Assembly (NCBI GenBank): GCA_032718475.1
Contig: JAUCBJ010008661.1
Location: 62,001 to 126,000, forward strand
Origin: Nemertoderma westbladi
Taxonomy: Eukaryota > Animalia > Xenacoelomorpha
Length of the DNA stretch: 64,000 bases
Reading direction: 5' to 3'
The position numbers and the translations under genes were made by a program. How positions within the stretch are numbered: the first letter of the stretch is position 1; every line of letters begins with the position of its first letter. Below, in pieces: positions 48,301 through 63,300 of this stretch. Under the pieces are notes generated by a model, which was not told where the DNA came from, did no database searches, and saw only the letters and a program-made list of their open reading frames with translations.

Positions 48301-51300
48301 GAGTTCGTGGATCCGTAGATGGGTTCTCGTGTATGGAGTTCTTGGATCTGTGGATGGGTTCTCATGTATGGAGTACGTGGATCAGTGGATGGGTTCTCGT
48401 GTATGGAGTTCGTGGATCCGTCGATGGGTTCTCGTGTATGGATTCGTGGATCCGTGGATGGGTTCTCGTGTATGGAGTTCGTGGATCCATGGATGGGTTC
48501 TCGTGTATGGAGTTCGTGGATCCGTAGATGGGTTCTCGTGTATGGAGTTCGTGGATCCGTGGATGGGTTCTCGTGTACGGAGTTCGTGGATCCGTGGATG
48601 GGTTCTCGTATATGGAGTTCGTGGATCCGTCGATGGGTTCTCGTGTATGGATTCGTGGATCCGTGGATGGGTTCTTGTGTATGGAGTTCGTGGATCAGTG
48701 GATGGGTTCTCGTGTATGGAGATCGTAGATCAGTGGATGGGTTCTCGTGTATGGAGATCGTAGATCAGTGGATGGGTTCTCGTGTATGGAGTTCGTGGAT
48801 CCGTCGATGGGTTCTCGTGTATGGATTCGTGGATCCGTAGATGGGTTCTCGTGTATGGAGTTCGTGGATCCATGGATGGGTTCTCGTGTATGGAGTTCGT
48901 GGATCCGTAGATGGGTTCTCGTGTATGGATTCGTGGATCCGTAGATGGGTTCTCGTGTATGGATTCGTGGATCCGTAGATGGGTTCTCGTGTATGGAGTT
49001 CGTGGATCCGTAGATGGGTTCTCGTATATGGAGTTCTTGGATCTGTGGATGGGTTCTCATGTATGGAGTTCGTGGATCAGTGGATGGGTTCTCGTGTATG
49101 GAGTTCGTGGATCCGTCGATGGGTTCTCGTGTATGGATTCGTGGATCCGTAGATGGGTTCTCGTGTATGGAGTTCGTGGATCCATGGATGGGTTCTCGTG
49201 TATGGAGTTCGTGGATCCGTAGATGGGTTCTCGTGTATGGATTCGTGGATCCGTAGATGGGTTCTCGTGTATGGAGTTCGTGGATCCGTCGATGGGTTCT
49301 CGTGTATGGAGTTCGTGGTTCCGTGGAAGGTTTCTCGTGTTGGAGTTCGTGGATCCTTCGATGGGTTCTTGTGTATAGAGTTCGTGGATCAGTGGATGGG
49401 TTCTCGTGTATGGAGTTCGTGAATCTGTGGATCAGTGAATGGGTTCTCGTGTATGGAGTTCGTGGATCTGTGGATCAGTGGATGGGTTCTCGTGTATGGA
49501 GTTCGTGGATCCGTCAATGGGTTCTCGTGTATGGAGTTCGTGGATCCGTCGATGGGTTCTTGTGTATGGAGTTCGTGAATCTGTGGATCAGTGGATGGGT
49601 TCTCGTGTATGGAGTTCGTGGATCCGCCGATGGGTTCTCGTGTATGGAGTTCGTGGATCAGTGGATGGGTTCTCGTGTATGGAGTTCGTGGATCCTTCGA
49701 TGGGTTCTTGTGTATAGAGTTCGTGGATCAGTGGATGGGTTCTCGTGTATGGAGATCGTAGATCAGTGGATGGGTTCTCGTGTATGGAGATCGTAGATCA
49801 GTGGATGGGTTCTCGTGTATGGAGTTCGTGGATCCGTTGATGGGTTCTCGTGTATGGATTCGTGGATCCGTGGATGGGTTCTCGTGTATGGAGTTCGTGG
49901 ATCCGTGGATGGGTTCTCGTGTATGGAGTTCGTGGATCCGTGGATGGGTTCTCGTGTATGGAGTTCGTGGATCCGAGGATGTGTTCTCGTGTATGGAGTT
50001 TGTGGATCCGTAGATGGGTTCTCGTGTATGGAGTTCGTGGATCCGAGGATGGGTTCTCGTGTATGGAGTTCGTGGATCTGTGGATGGGTTCTCATGTATG
50101 GAGTTCGTGGATCAGTGGATGGGTTCTCGTGTATGGAGTTCGTCGATCCGTGGATGGGTTCTCGTGTATGGAGTTCGTGGATCAGTGGATGGGTTCTCGT
50201 GTATGGAGTTCGTGGATCCGTAGATGGGTTCTCGTGTATGAATTTGTGGATCCGTGGATGAGTTCTAGTGTATGGAGTTCGTGGATCAGTGGATGGGTTC
50301 TGGTGTATGGAGTTCATGGATCCGTCGTTGGGTTCTCGTGTATGGATTCGTGGATCCGTGGATGGGTTCTCGTGTATGGAGTTCGTGGATCCGTAGATGG
50401 GTTCTCGTGTATGGAGTTCTTGGATCTGTGGATGGGTTCTCATGTATGGAGTACGTGGATCAGTGGATGGGTTCTCGTGTATGGAGTTCGTGGATCCGTC
50501 GATGGGTTCTCGTGTTGGAGTTCGTGGATCCGTGGATCCGTGGATGTGTTCTCGTGTATGGAGTTCGTGGATCCATGGATGGGTTCTCGTGTATGGAGTT
50601 CGTGGATCCGTAGATGGGTTCTCGTGTATGGAGCTCGTGGATCCGTAGATGGGTTCTCGTGTATGGAGTTCGTGGATCCGTCGATGGGTTCTCGTGTATG
50701 GAGTTCGTGGATCAGTGGATGGGTTCTCGTGTATGGAGTTCGTGGATCCGTCGATGGGTTCTCGTGTATGGATTCGCGGATCCGTGGATGGGTTCTCGTG
50801 TATGGAGTTCGTGGATCCATGGATGGGTTCTCGTGTATGGAGTTCGTGGATCCGTAGATGGGTTCTCGTGTATGGAGTTCGTGGATCCGTGGATGGGTTC
50901 TCGTGTACGGAGTTCGTGGATCCGTGGATGGGTTCTCGTATATGGAGTTCGTGGATCCGTCGATGGGTTCTTGTGTATGGAGTTCGTGGATCCGTAGATG
51001 GGTTCTCGTGTATGAATTCGTGGATCCGTGGATGGGTTCTCGTGTATGGAGTTCGTGGATCCGTAGATGGGTTCTCGTGTATGGATTTCGTGGATCCGTG
51101 GATGGGTTCTCGTGTATGGAGTTCGTGGATCAGTGGATGGGTTCTCGTGTATGGAGTTCGTGGATCCTTCGATGGGTTCTTGTGTATGGAGTTCGTGAAT
51201 CTGCGGATCAGTGGATGGGTTCTCGTGTATGGAGTTCGTGGATCCTTCTCGTGTATGGTTTGTGGATCCGTAGATGGGTTCTCGCGTATTGTGTTCGTGG

Positions 51301-54300
51301 ATCTGTGGATGCGTTCTCGTATATGGAGTTCGTGGATCCGTGGATGGGTTCTCGTGTATGGAGTTCGTGGATCTGTGGATGGGTTCTCGTGTATGGAGTT
51401 CGTGGATCTGTGGATGGGTTCTCGTGTATGGAGTTCGTGGATCCGTGGATGGGTTCTCGTGTATGGAGTTCGTGGATCTGTGGATAGGTTCTCGTATATG
51501 GAGTTCGTGAATCTGTGGATCAGTGGATGGGTTCTCGTGTATGGAGTTCGTGGATCCGTAGATGGGTTCTCGTGTATGGATTCGTGGATCCGTAGATGGT
51601 TTCTCGTGTATGGATTCGTGGATCCGTGGATGGGTTCTCGTATATGGAGTTCGTGGATCCGTCGATGGGTTCTCGTGTATGGATTCGCGGATCCGTGGAT
51701 GGGTTCTTGTATATGGAGTTCGTGGATCAGTGGATGGGTTCTCGTGTATGGAGATCGTGGATCCGTCGATGGGTTCTCGTGTATGGATTCGTGGATCCGT
51801 GGATGGGTTCTTGTGTATGGAGTTCGTGGATCCGTCAATGGGTTCTCGTGTATGGATTCGCGGATCCGTGGATGGGTTCTTGTATATGGAGTTCGTGGAT
51901 CAGTGGATGGGTTCTCGTGTATGGAGATCCTGGATCCGTCGATGGGTTCTCGTGTATGGAGTTCGTGGATCCGTAGATGGGTTCTCGTGTATGGATTTCG
52001 TGGATCCGTGGATGGGTTCTCGTGTATGGAGTTCGTGGATCAGTGGATGGGTTCTCGTGTATGGAGTTCGTGGATCCTTCGATGGGTTCTTGTGTATGGA
52101 GTTCGTGGATCTGTGGATCCGTGGATGGGTTCTCGTGTATGGAATTCGTGGATCCGTAGATGGGTTCTCGTGTATGGAGTTCGTGGATCTGTAGATGGGT
52201 TCTCGTGTATGGAGTTCGTGGATCTGTGGATGGGTTCTCATGTATGGAGTTCGTGGATCAGTGGATGGGTTCTCGTGTATGGATTCGTGGATCCGTCGAT
52301 GAGTTCTCGTGTATGGATTCGTGGATCCGTGGATGGGTTCTCGTGTATGGAGTTCGTGGATCCGTGGATGGGTTCTCGTGTATGGAGTTCCTGGATCTGT
52401 GGATCCGTGGATGGGTTCTCGTGTATGGAGTTCGTGGATCCGTCGATGGGTTCTCGTGTATGGATTCGTGGATCCGTCGATGGGTTCTCGTGTATGGAGT
52501 TCGTGGATCAGTGGATGGGTTCTCGTGTATGGAGTTCATGGATCCGTCGATGGGTTCTCGTGTATGGATTCGTGGATCCGTGGATGGGTTCTCGTGTATG
52601 GAGTTCGTGGATCCGTAGATGGGTTCTCGTGTATGGAGTTCTTGGATCTGTGGATGGGTTCTCATGTATGGAGTACGTGGATCAGTGGATGGGTTCTCGT
52701 GTATGGAGTTCGTGGATCCGTCGATGGGTTCTCGTGTATGGATTCGTGGATCCGTGGATGGGTTCTCGTGTATGGAGTTCGTGGATCCATGGATGGGTTC
52801 TCGTGTATGGAGTTCGTGGATCCGTAGATGGGTTCTCGTGTATGGAGCTCGTGGATCCGTAGATGGGTTCTCGTGTATGGAGTTCGTGGATCCGCCGATG
52901 GGTTCTCGTGTATGGAGTTCGTGGATCCGTGGATGGGTTCTCGTGTATGGAGTTCGTGGATCCATGGATGGGTTCTCGTGTATGGAGTTCGTGGATCCGT
53001 AGATGGGTTCTCGTGTATGGAGCTCGTGGATCCGTAGATGGGTTCTCGTGTATGGATTCGTGGATCCGTGGATGGGTTCTTGTGTATGGAGTTCGTGGAT
53101 CAGTGGATGGGTTCTCGTGTATGGAGTTCGTGGATCCGTCGATGGGTTCTCGTGTATGGATTCGTGGATCCGTGGATGGGTTCTCGTGTATGGAGTTCGT
53201 GGATCCATGGATGGGTTCTCGTGTATGGAGTTCGTGGATCCGTAGATGGGTTCTCGTGTATGGAGTTCGTGGATCCGTGGATGGGTTCTCGTGTACGGAG
53301 TTCGTGGATCCGTGGATGGGTTCTCGTATATGGATTTCGTGGATCCGTCGATGGGTTCTCGTGTATGGATTCGTGGATCCGTGGATGGGTTCTTGTGTAT
53401 GGAGTTCGTGGATCAGTGGATGGGTTCTCGTGTATGGAGATCGTAGATCAGTGGATGGGTTCTCGTGTATGGAGATCGTAGATCAGTGGATGGGTTCTCG
53501 TGTATGGAGTTCGTGGATCCGTCGATGGGTTCTCGTGTATGGATTCGTGGATCCGTAGATGGGTTCTCGTGTATGGAGTTCGTGGATCCATGGATGGGTT
53601 CTCGTGTATGGAGTTCGTGGATCCGTAGATGGGTTCTCGTGTATGGATTCGTGGATCCGTAGATGGGTTCTCGTGTATGGATTCGTGGATCCGTAGATGG
53701 GTTCTCGTGTATGGAGTTCGTGGATCCGTAGATGGGTTCTCGTGTATTGAGTTCTTGGATCTGTGGATGGGTTCTCATGTATGGAGTTCGTGGATCAGTG
53801 GATGGGTTCTCGTGTATGGAGTTCGCGGATCCGTCGATGGGTTCTCGTGTATGGATTCGTGGATCCGTAGATGGGTTCTCGTGTATGGAGTTCGTGGATC
53901 CATGGATGGGTTCTCGTGTATGGAGTTCGTGTATCCGTAGATGGGTTCTCGTGTATGGATTCGTGGATCCGTAGATGGGTTCTCGTGTATGGAGTTCGTG
54001 GATCCGTCGATGGGTTCTCGTGTATGGAGTTCGTGGTTCCGTGGAAGGTTTCTCGTGTTGGAGTTCGTGGATCCTTCGATGGGTTCTTGTGTATAGAGTT
54101 CGTGGATCAGTGGATGGGTTCTCGTGTATGGAGTTCGTGAATCTGTGGATCAGTGAATGGGTTCTCGTGTATGGAGTTCGTGGATCTGTGGATCAGTGGA
54201 TGGGTTCTCGTGTATGGAGTTCGTGGATCCGTCGATGGGTTCTCGTGTATGGAGTTCGTGGATCCGTCGATGGGTTCTTGTGTATGGAGTTCGTGAATCT

Positions 54301-57300
54301 GTGGATCAGTGGATGGGTTCTCGTGTATGGAGTTCGTGGATCCGTCGATGGGTTCTCGTGTATGGAGTTCGTGGATCAGTGGATGGGTTCTCGTGTATGG
54401 AGTTCGTGGATCCTTCGATGGGTTCTTGTGTATAGAGTTCGTGGATCAGTGGATGGGTTCTCGTGTATGGAGATCGTAGATCAGTGGATGGGTTCTCGTG
54501 TATGGAGATCGTAGATCAGTGGATGGGTTCTCGTGTATGGAGTTCGTGGATCCGTTGATGGGTTCTCGTGTATGGATTCGTGGATCCGTGGATGGGTTCT
54601 CGTGTATGGAGTTCGTGGATCCGTGGATGGGTACTCGTGTATGGAGTTCGTGGATCCGTGGATGGGTTCTCGTGTATGGAGTTCGTGGATCCGAGGATGT
54701 GTTCTCGTGTATGGAGTTTGTGGATCCGTAGATGGGTTCTCGTGTATGGAGTTCATGGATCCGAGGATGGGTTCTCGTGTATGGAGTTCGTGGATCTGTG
54801 GATGGGTTCTCATGTATGGAGTTCGTGGATCAGTGGATGGGTTCTCGTGTATGGAGTTCGTCGATCCGTGGATGGGTTCTCGTGTATGGAGTTCGTGGAT
54901 CTGTGGATTGGTTCTCGTGTATGGAGTTCGTGGATCCGTAGATGGGTTCTCGTGTATGAATTCGTGGATCCGTGGATGGGTTCTCGTGTATGGAGTTCGT
55001 GGATCAGTGGATGGGTTCTCGTGTATGGAGTTCATGGATCCGTCGATGGGTTCTCGTGTATGGATTCGTGGATCCGTGGATGGGTTCTCGTGTATGGAGT
55101 TCGTGGATCCGTAGATGGGTTCTCGTGTATGGAGTTCTTGGATCTGTGGATGGGTTCTCATGTATGGAGTACGTGGATCAGTGGATGGGTTCTCGTGTAT
55201 GGAGTTCGTGGATCCGTCGATGGGTTCTCGTGTTGGAGTTCGTGGATCCGTGGATCCGTGGATGTGTTCTCGTGTATGGAGTTCGTGGATCCATGGATGG
55301 GTTCTCGTGTATGGAGTTCGTGGATCCGTAGATGGGTTCTCGTGTTGGAGTTCGTGGATCCGTGGATCCGTGGATGTGTTCTCGTGTATGGAGTTCGTGG
55401 ATCCATGGATGGGTTCTCGTGTATGGAGCTCGTGGATCCGTAGATGGGTTCTCGTGTATGGAGTTCGTGGATCCGTCGATGGGTTCTCGTGTATGGAGTT
55501 CGTGGATCAGTGGATGGGTTCTCGTGTATGGAGTTCGTGGATCCGTCGATGGGTTCTCGTGTATGGATTCGTGGATCCTTGGATGGGTTCTCGTGTATGG
55601 AGTTCGTGGATCCATGGATGGGTTCTCGTGTATGGAGTTCGTGGATCCGTAGATGGGTTCTCGTGTATGGAGTTCGTGGATCCGTGGATGGGTTCTCGTG
55701 TACGGAGTTCGTGGATCCGTGGATGGGTTCTCGTATATGGAGTTCGTGGATCCGTCGATGGGTTCTTGTGTATGGAGTTCGTGGATCCGTAGATGGGTTC
55801 TCGTGTATGAATTCGTGGATCCGTGGATGGGTTCTCGTGTATGGAGTTCGTGGATCCGTAGATGGGTTCTCGTGTATGGATTTCGTGGATCCGTGGATGG
55901 GTTCTCGTGTATGTAGTTCGTGGATCAGTGGATGGGTTCTCGTGTATGGAGTTCGTGGATCCTTCGATGGGTTCTTGTGTATGGAGTTCGTGAATCTGCG
56001 GATCAGTGGATGGGTTCTCGTGTATGGAGTTCGTGGATCCTTCTCGTGTATGGTTTGTGGATCCGTAGATGGGTTCTCGCGTATTGTGTTCGTGGATCTG
56101 TGGATGCGTTCTCGTATATGGAGTTCGTGGATCCGTGGATGGGTTCTCGTGTATGGAGTTCGTGGATCTGTGGATGGGTTCTCGTGTATGGAGTTCGTGG
56201 ATCTGTGGATGGGTTCTCGTGTATGGAGTTCGTGGATCCGTGGATGGGTTCTCGTGTATGGAGTTCGTGGATCTGTGGATGGGTTCTCGTGTATTGTGTT
56301 TGTGAATCTGTGGATGGGTTCTCGTGTATGGAGTTCGTGGATCCGTGGATGGGTTCTCGTGTGTGGAGTTCGTGGATCTGTGGATGGGTTCTTATGTATG
56401 GAGTTCGTGGATCCTTCTCGTGTATGGAGTTCGTGGAACTGTGGATGGGTTCTCGTGTATTGTGTTCGTGGATCTGTGGGTGGGTTCTCGTGTATGGAGT
56501 TCGTGGATCCGTGGATGGGTTCTCGTGTATGGAGTTCGTGGATCTGTTGAAGGGTTTTCGTGTACGGAGTTCGTGGTTCCGTGGTAGGTTTCTCGTGTTG
56601 GAGTTCGTGGATCTGTGGATGGGTTCACGTGTATGGAGTTCGTAGATCTGAGGATGGGTTTTCGTGTATGGAGTTCGTGGATCTGTGGATGGGTTCTCGT
56701 GTATGGAGTTCGTGGTTCCGTGGAAGGTGTCTCGTGTTGGAGTTCGTGGATCTGTGGATGGGTTCTCGTGTATGGAGTTCGTGGATCTGTGGATGGGTTC
56801 TCGTGTATGGAGTTCGTGGATCCGTGGATGGGTTCTCGTGTATGGAGTTCGTGGATCTGTTGATGGGTTTTCGTGTACGGAGTTCGTGGATCTGTGGATG
56901 GGTTCTCGTGTATGGAGTTCGTGGTTCTGCGGATGGGTTCTCGTGTTGGAGTTCGTGGATCCGTGGATCCGTGGATGTGTTCTCGTATATGGAGTTTGTG
57001 GATCTGTGGATGGGTTCTCGTGTATGGAGTTCGTGGTTCCGTGGAAGGTTTCTCGTGTTGGAGTTCGTGGATCTATGGATGGGTTCTCGTGTATGGAGTT
57101 CGTGGATCTGTGGATGGGTTCTCGTGTATGGAGTTCGTGGATCCGTGGATGGGTTCTCGTGTATGGAGTTCGTGGTTCCGTGGAAGGTTTCTCTTGTTGG
57201 AGTTCGTGGATCTGTAGATGGGTTCTCGTGTATTGTGTTTGTGAATCTGTGGATGGGTTCTCGTGTATGGAGTTCGTGGATCCGTGGATGGGTTCTCGTG

Positions 57301-60300
57301 TGTGGAGTTCGTGGATCTGTGGATGGGTTCTTATGTATGGAGTTCGTGGATCCTTCTCGTGTATGGAGTTCGTGGAACTGTGGATGGGTTCTCGTGTATT
57401 GTGTTCGTGGATCTGTGGGTGGGTTCTCGTGTATGGAGTTCGTGGATCCGTGGATGGGTTCTCGTGTATGGAGTTCGTGGATCTGTTGATGGGTTTTCGT
57501 GTACGGAGTTCGTGGATCTGTGGATGGGTTCTCGTGTATGGAGTTCGTGGATCTGTGGATGGGTTCTCGTGTATGGAGTTCGTGGTTCCGTGGTAGGTTT
57601 CTCGTGTTGGAGTTCGTGGATCTGTGGATGGGTTCACGTGTATGGAGTTCGTAGATCTGTGGATGGGTTTTCGTGTATGGAGTTCGTGGATCTGTGGATG
57701 GGTTCTCGTGTATGGAGTTCGTGGATCTGTGGATGGGTTCTCGTGTTGGAGTTCGTGGATCTGTGGATGGGTTCTCGTGTATGGAGTTCGTGGTTCCGTG
57801 GATGGGTTCTCGTGTATGGAGTTCGTGGTTCCGTGGAAGGTTTCTCGTGTTGGAGTTCGTGGATCTGTGGATGGGTTCTCGTGTATGGAGTTCGTGGTTC
57901 CGTGGAAGGTTTCTCGTGTTGGAGTTCGTGGATCTGTGGATGGGTTCTCGTGTATGGAGTTCGTGGATCTGTGGATGGGTTCTCGTGTATGGAGTTCGTG
58001 GATCCGTGGATGGGTTCTCGTGTATGGAGTTCGTGGATCTGTTGATGGGTTTTCGTGTACGGAGTTCGTGGATCTGTGGATGGGTTCTCGTGTATGGAGT
58101 TCGTGGTTCCGTGGTAGGTTTCTCGTGTTGGAGTTCGTGGATCTGTGGATGGGTTCACGTGTATGGAGTTCGTGGATCTGTGGATGGGTTTTCGTGTATG
58201 GAGTTCGTGGATCTGTGGATGGGTTCTCGTGTATGGAGTTCGTGGTTCCGTGGAAGGTTTCTCGTGTTGGAGTTCGTGGATCTGTGGATGGGTTCTCGTG
58301 TATGGAGTTCGTGGATCTGTGGATGGGTTCTCGTGTATGGAGTTCGTGGATCCGTGGATGGGTTCTCATGTATGGAGTTCGTGGTTCCGTGGAAGGTTTC
58401 TCTTGTTGGAGTTCGTGGATCTGTAGATGGGTTCTCGTGTATGGAGTTCGTGGTTCCGTGGAAGGTTTCTCGTGTTGGAGTTCGTGGATCTGTGGATGGG
58501 TTCTTGTGTATGGAGTTCGTGGATCTGTGGATGGGTTCTCGTGTATGGAGTTCGTGGTTCCGTGGAAGGTTTCTCGTGTTGGAATTCGTGGATCTGTGGA
58601 TGGGTTCTCGTGTATGGAGTTCGTGGATCTCTGGATGGGTTCTCGTGTATGGAGTTCGTGGTTCCGTGGAAGGTTTCTCGTGTTGGAGTTCGTGGATCTG
58701 TAGATGGGTTCTCGTGTATGGAGTTCGTGGATCTGTGGATGGGTTCTCGTGTATGGAGTTCGTGGTTACGTGGAAGGTTTCTCGTGTTGGAGTTCGTGGA
58801 TCTGTGGATGGGTTCTCGTGTATGGAGTTCGTGGTTCCGTGGAAGGTTTCTCGTGTTGGAGTTCGTGGATCTGTGGATGGGTTCTCGTGTATGGAGTTCG
58901 TGGATCTCTGGATGGGTTCTCGTGTATGGAGTTCGTGGTTCCGTGGAAGGTTTCTCGTGTTGGAGTTCGTGGATCTGTGGATGGGTTCTCGTGTATGGAG
59001 TTCGTGGATCTCTGGATGGGTTCTCGTGTATGGAGTTCGTGGATCTGCGGATGGGTTCTCGTGTATGGAGTTCGTGGTTCCGTGGAAGGTTTCTCGTGTT
59101 GGAGTTCGTGGATCTGTGGATGGGTTCTCGTGTATGGAGTTCGTGGATCTGCGGATGGGTTCTCGTGTATGGAGTTCGTGGTTCCGTGGAAGGTTTCTCG
59201 TGTTGGAGTTCGTGGATCTCTGGATGGGTTCTCGTGTATGGAGTTCGTGGATCTGCGGATGGGTTCTCGTGTATGGAGTTCGTGGTTCCGTGGAAGGTTT
59301 CTCGTGTTGGAGTTCGTGGATCTGTGGATGGGTTCTCGTGTATGGAGTTCGTGGATCTCTGGATGGGTTCTCGTGTATGGAGTTCGTGGTTCCGTGGAAG
59401 GTTTCTCGTGTTGGAGTTCGTGGATCTGTGGATGGGTTCTCGTGTATGGAGTTCGTGGATCTCTGGATGGGTTCTCGTGTATGGAGTTCGTGGATCTGCG
59501 GATGGGTTCTCGTGTATGGAGTTCGTGGTTCCGTGGAAGGTTTCTCGTGTTGGAGTTCGTGGATCTGTGGATGGGTTCTCGTGTATGGAGTTCGTGGATC
59601 TCTGGATGGGTTCTCGTGTATGGAGTTCGTGGATCTGCGGATGGGTTCTCGTGTATGGAGTTCGTGGATCTGTGGATGGGTTCTCGTGTATGGAGTTCGT
59701 GGATCCGTGTATGGGTTCTCGTGTATGGAGTTCGTGGATCTGTGGATGGGTTCTCGTGTATGGAGTTCGTGGATCTCTGGATGGGTTCTCGTGTATGGAG
59801 TTCGTGGTTCCGTGGAAGGTTTCTCGTGTTGGAGTTCGTGGATCTTTGGATGGGTTCTCGTGTATGGAGTTCGTGGATCTGTGGATGGGTTCTCGTGTAT
59901 GGAGTTCGTGGTTCCGTGGAAGGTTTCTCGTGTATGGAGTTCGTGGATCTGTGGATGGGTTCTCGTGTCTGGAGTTCGTGGTTCCGTGGAAGGTTTCTCG
60001 TGTTGGAGTTCGTGGATCTTTGGATGGGTTCTCGTGTATGGAGTTCGTGGATCTGTGGATAGGTTCTCGTGTATGGAGTTCGTGGATCTGTGGATGGGTT
60101 CTCGTGTATGGAGTTCGTGGATCTGTGGATGGGTTCTCGTGTTGGAGTTCGTGGATCCGTGGATCCGTGGATGTGTTCTCGTATATGGAGTTTGTGGATC
60201 TGTGGATCCGTGGATGGGTTCTCGTGTATGGAGTTCGTGGTTCCGTGGAAGGTTTCTCGTGTATGGAGTTCGTGGATCTGTAGATGGGTTCTCGTGTATG

Positions 60301-63300
60301 GAGTTCGTGGATCTGTGGATGGGTTCTCGTGTATGGAGTTCGTGGATCTGTGGATGGGTTCTCGTGTATGGAGTTCGTGGTTCCGTGGAAGGTTTCTCGT
60401 GTTGGAGTTCGTGGATCTGTGGATGGGTTCTCGTGTATGGAGTTCGTGGATCTCTGGATGGGTTCTCGTGTATGGAGTTCGTGGTTCCGTGGAAGGTTTC
60501 TCGTGTTGGAGTTCGTGGATCTGTAGATGGGTTCTCGTGTATGGAGTTCGTGGATCTGTGGATGGGTTCTCGTGTATGGAGTTCGTGGATCCGTGTATGG
60601 GTTCTCGTGTATGGAGTTCGTGGATCTGTGGATGGGTTCTCGTGTATGGAGTTCGTGGTTCCGTGGAAGGTTTCTCGTGTTGGAGTTCGTGGATCTGTAG
60701 ATGGGTTCTCGTGTATGGAGTTCGTGGATCTGTGGATGGGTTCTCGTGTATGGAGTTCGTGGATCTGTGGATGGGTTCTCGTGTATGGAGTTCGTGGATC
60801 CGTGGATGGGTTCTCGTGTATGGAGTTCGTGGATCTGTGGACGGGTTCTCGTGTATGGAGTTCGTGGTTCCGTGGAAGGTTTCTCGTGTTGGAGTTCGTG
60901 GATCTGTGGATGGGTTCTCGTGTATGGAGTTCGTGGTTCCGTGGAAGGTTTCTCGTGTTGGAGTTCGTGGATCTGTGGATGGGTTCTCGTGTATTGAGTT
61001 CGTGGTTCCGTGGAAGGTTTCTCGTGTTGGAGTTCGTGGATCTGTGGATGGGTTCTCGTGTATGGAGTTCGTGGATCTGTGGATGGGTTCTCGTGTATGG
61101 AGTTCGTGGATCCGTGGAAGGGTTCTCGTGTTGGAGTTCGTGGATCCGTGGATCCGTGGATGTGTTCTCGTATATGGAGTTTGTGGATCCGTGGATGGGT
61201 TCTCGTGTATGGAGTTCGTGGATCTGTGGACGGGTTCTCGTGTATGGAGTTCGTGGATCTGTGGATGGGTTCTCGTGTATGGAGTTCGTGGATCCGTGGA
61301 AGGGTTCTCGTGTTGGAGTTCGTGGATCCGTGGATCCGTGGATGTGTTCTCGTATATGGAGTTTGTGGATCCGTGGATGGGTTCTCGTGTATGGAGTTCG
61401 TGGATCTGTGGACGGGTTCTCGTGTATGGAGTTCGTGGTTCCGTGGAAGGTTTCTCGTGTTGGAGTTCGTGGATCTGTGGACGGGTTCTCGTGTATGGAG
61501 TTCGTGGTTCCGTGGAAGGTTTCTCGTGTTGGAGTTCGTGGATCTGTGGATGGGTTCTCGTGTATTGAGTTCGTGGTTCCGTGGAAGGTTTCTCGTGTTG
61601 GAGTTCGTGGATCTGTGGATGGGTTCTCGTGTATGGAGTTCGTGGATCTGTGGATGGGTTCTCGTGTATGGAGTTCGTGGATCCGTGTATGGGTTCTCGT
61701 GTATGGAGTTCGTGGATCTGTGGACGGGTTCTCGTGTATGGAGTTCGTGGTTCCGTGGAAGGTTTTTCGTGTTGGAGTTCGTGGATCTGTGGATGGGTTC
61801 TCGTGTATGGAGTTCGTGGTTCCGTGGAAGGTTTCTCGTGTTGGAGTTCGTGGATCTGTGGATGGGTTCTCGTGTATTGAGTTCGTGGTTCCGTGGAAGG
61901 TTTCTCGTGTTGGAGTTCGTGGATCTGTGGATGGGTTCTCGTGTATGGAGTTCGTGGATCTGTGGATGGGTTCTCGTGTATGGAGTTCGTGGATCCGTGT
62001 ATGGGTTCTCGTGTTGGAGTTCGTGGATCTGTGGATGGGTTCTCGTGTATGGAGTTCGTGGATCTGTGGATGGGTTCTCGTGTATGGAGTTCGTGGATCC
62101 GTGTATGGTTTCTCGTGTTGGAGTTCGTGGATCTGTGGATGGGTTCTCGTGTATGGAGTTCGTGGATCTTTGGATGGGTTCTCGTGTATGGAGTTCGTGG
62201 ATCTCTGGATGGGTTCTCGTGTATGGAGTTCGTGGTTCCGTGGAAGGTTTCTCGTGTTGGAGTTCGTGGATCTGTGGATGGGTTCTCGTGTATGGAGTTC
62301 GTGGATCTGTGGATGGGTTCTCGTGTATGGAGTTCGTGGTTCCGTGGAAGGTTTCTCGTGTTGGAGTTCGTGGATCTGTGGATGGGTTCTCGTGTATGGA
62401 GTTCGTGGATCTGTGGATGGGTTCTCGTGTATGGAGTTCGTGGTTCCGTGGAAGGTTTCTCGTGTATGGAGTTCGTGGATCTGTAGATGGGTTCTCGTGT
62501 ATGGAGTTCGTGGATCTTTGGATGGGTTCTCGTGTATGGAGTTCGTGGATCTGTGGATGGGTTCTCGTGTATGGAGTTCGTGGTTCCGTGGAAGGTTTCT
62601 CGTGTATGGAGTTCGTGGATCTGTAGATGGGTTCTCGTGTATGGAGTTCGTGGATCTGTGGATGGGTTCTCGTGTATGGAGTTCGTGGATCTGTGGATGG
62701 GTTCTCGTGTATGGAGTTCGTGGTTCCGTGGAAGGGTTCTCGTGTTGGAGTTCGTGGATCCGTGGATCCGTGGATCCGTGGATGTGTTCTCGTATATGGA
62801 GTTTGTGGATCTGTGGATGGGTTCTCGTGTATGGAGTTCGTGGTTCCGTGGAAGGGTTCTCGTGTTGGAGTTCGTGGATCCGTGGATCCGTGGATGTGTT
62901 CTCGTGTATGGAGTTCGTGGATCTGTGGATGGGTTCTCGTGTATGGAGTTCATGGTTCCGTGGATGGGTTCTCGTGTATGGAGTTCGTGGATCTGTGGAT
63001 CCGTGGATGGATTCTCGTGTATGGAGTTCGTGGATCTGTGGATGGGTTCTCGTGTATGGAGTTCGTGGATCTGTGGATGGGTTCTCGTGTATGGAGTTCG
63101 TGGATCTGTGGATGGGTTCTCGTGTATGGAGTTCGTGGATCTGTGGATGGGTTCTCGTGTATGGAGTTCGTGGATCTGTGGATGGGTTCTTGTGTATGGA
63201 GTTCGTGGTTCCGTGGAAGGTTTCTCGTGTATGGAGTTCGTGGATCTGTGGATGGGTTCTCGTGTATGGAGTTCGTGGATCTGTGGATGGGTTCTCGTGT

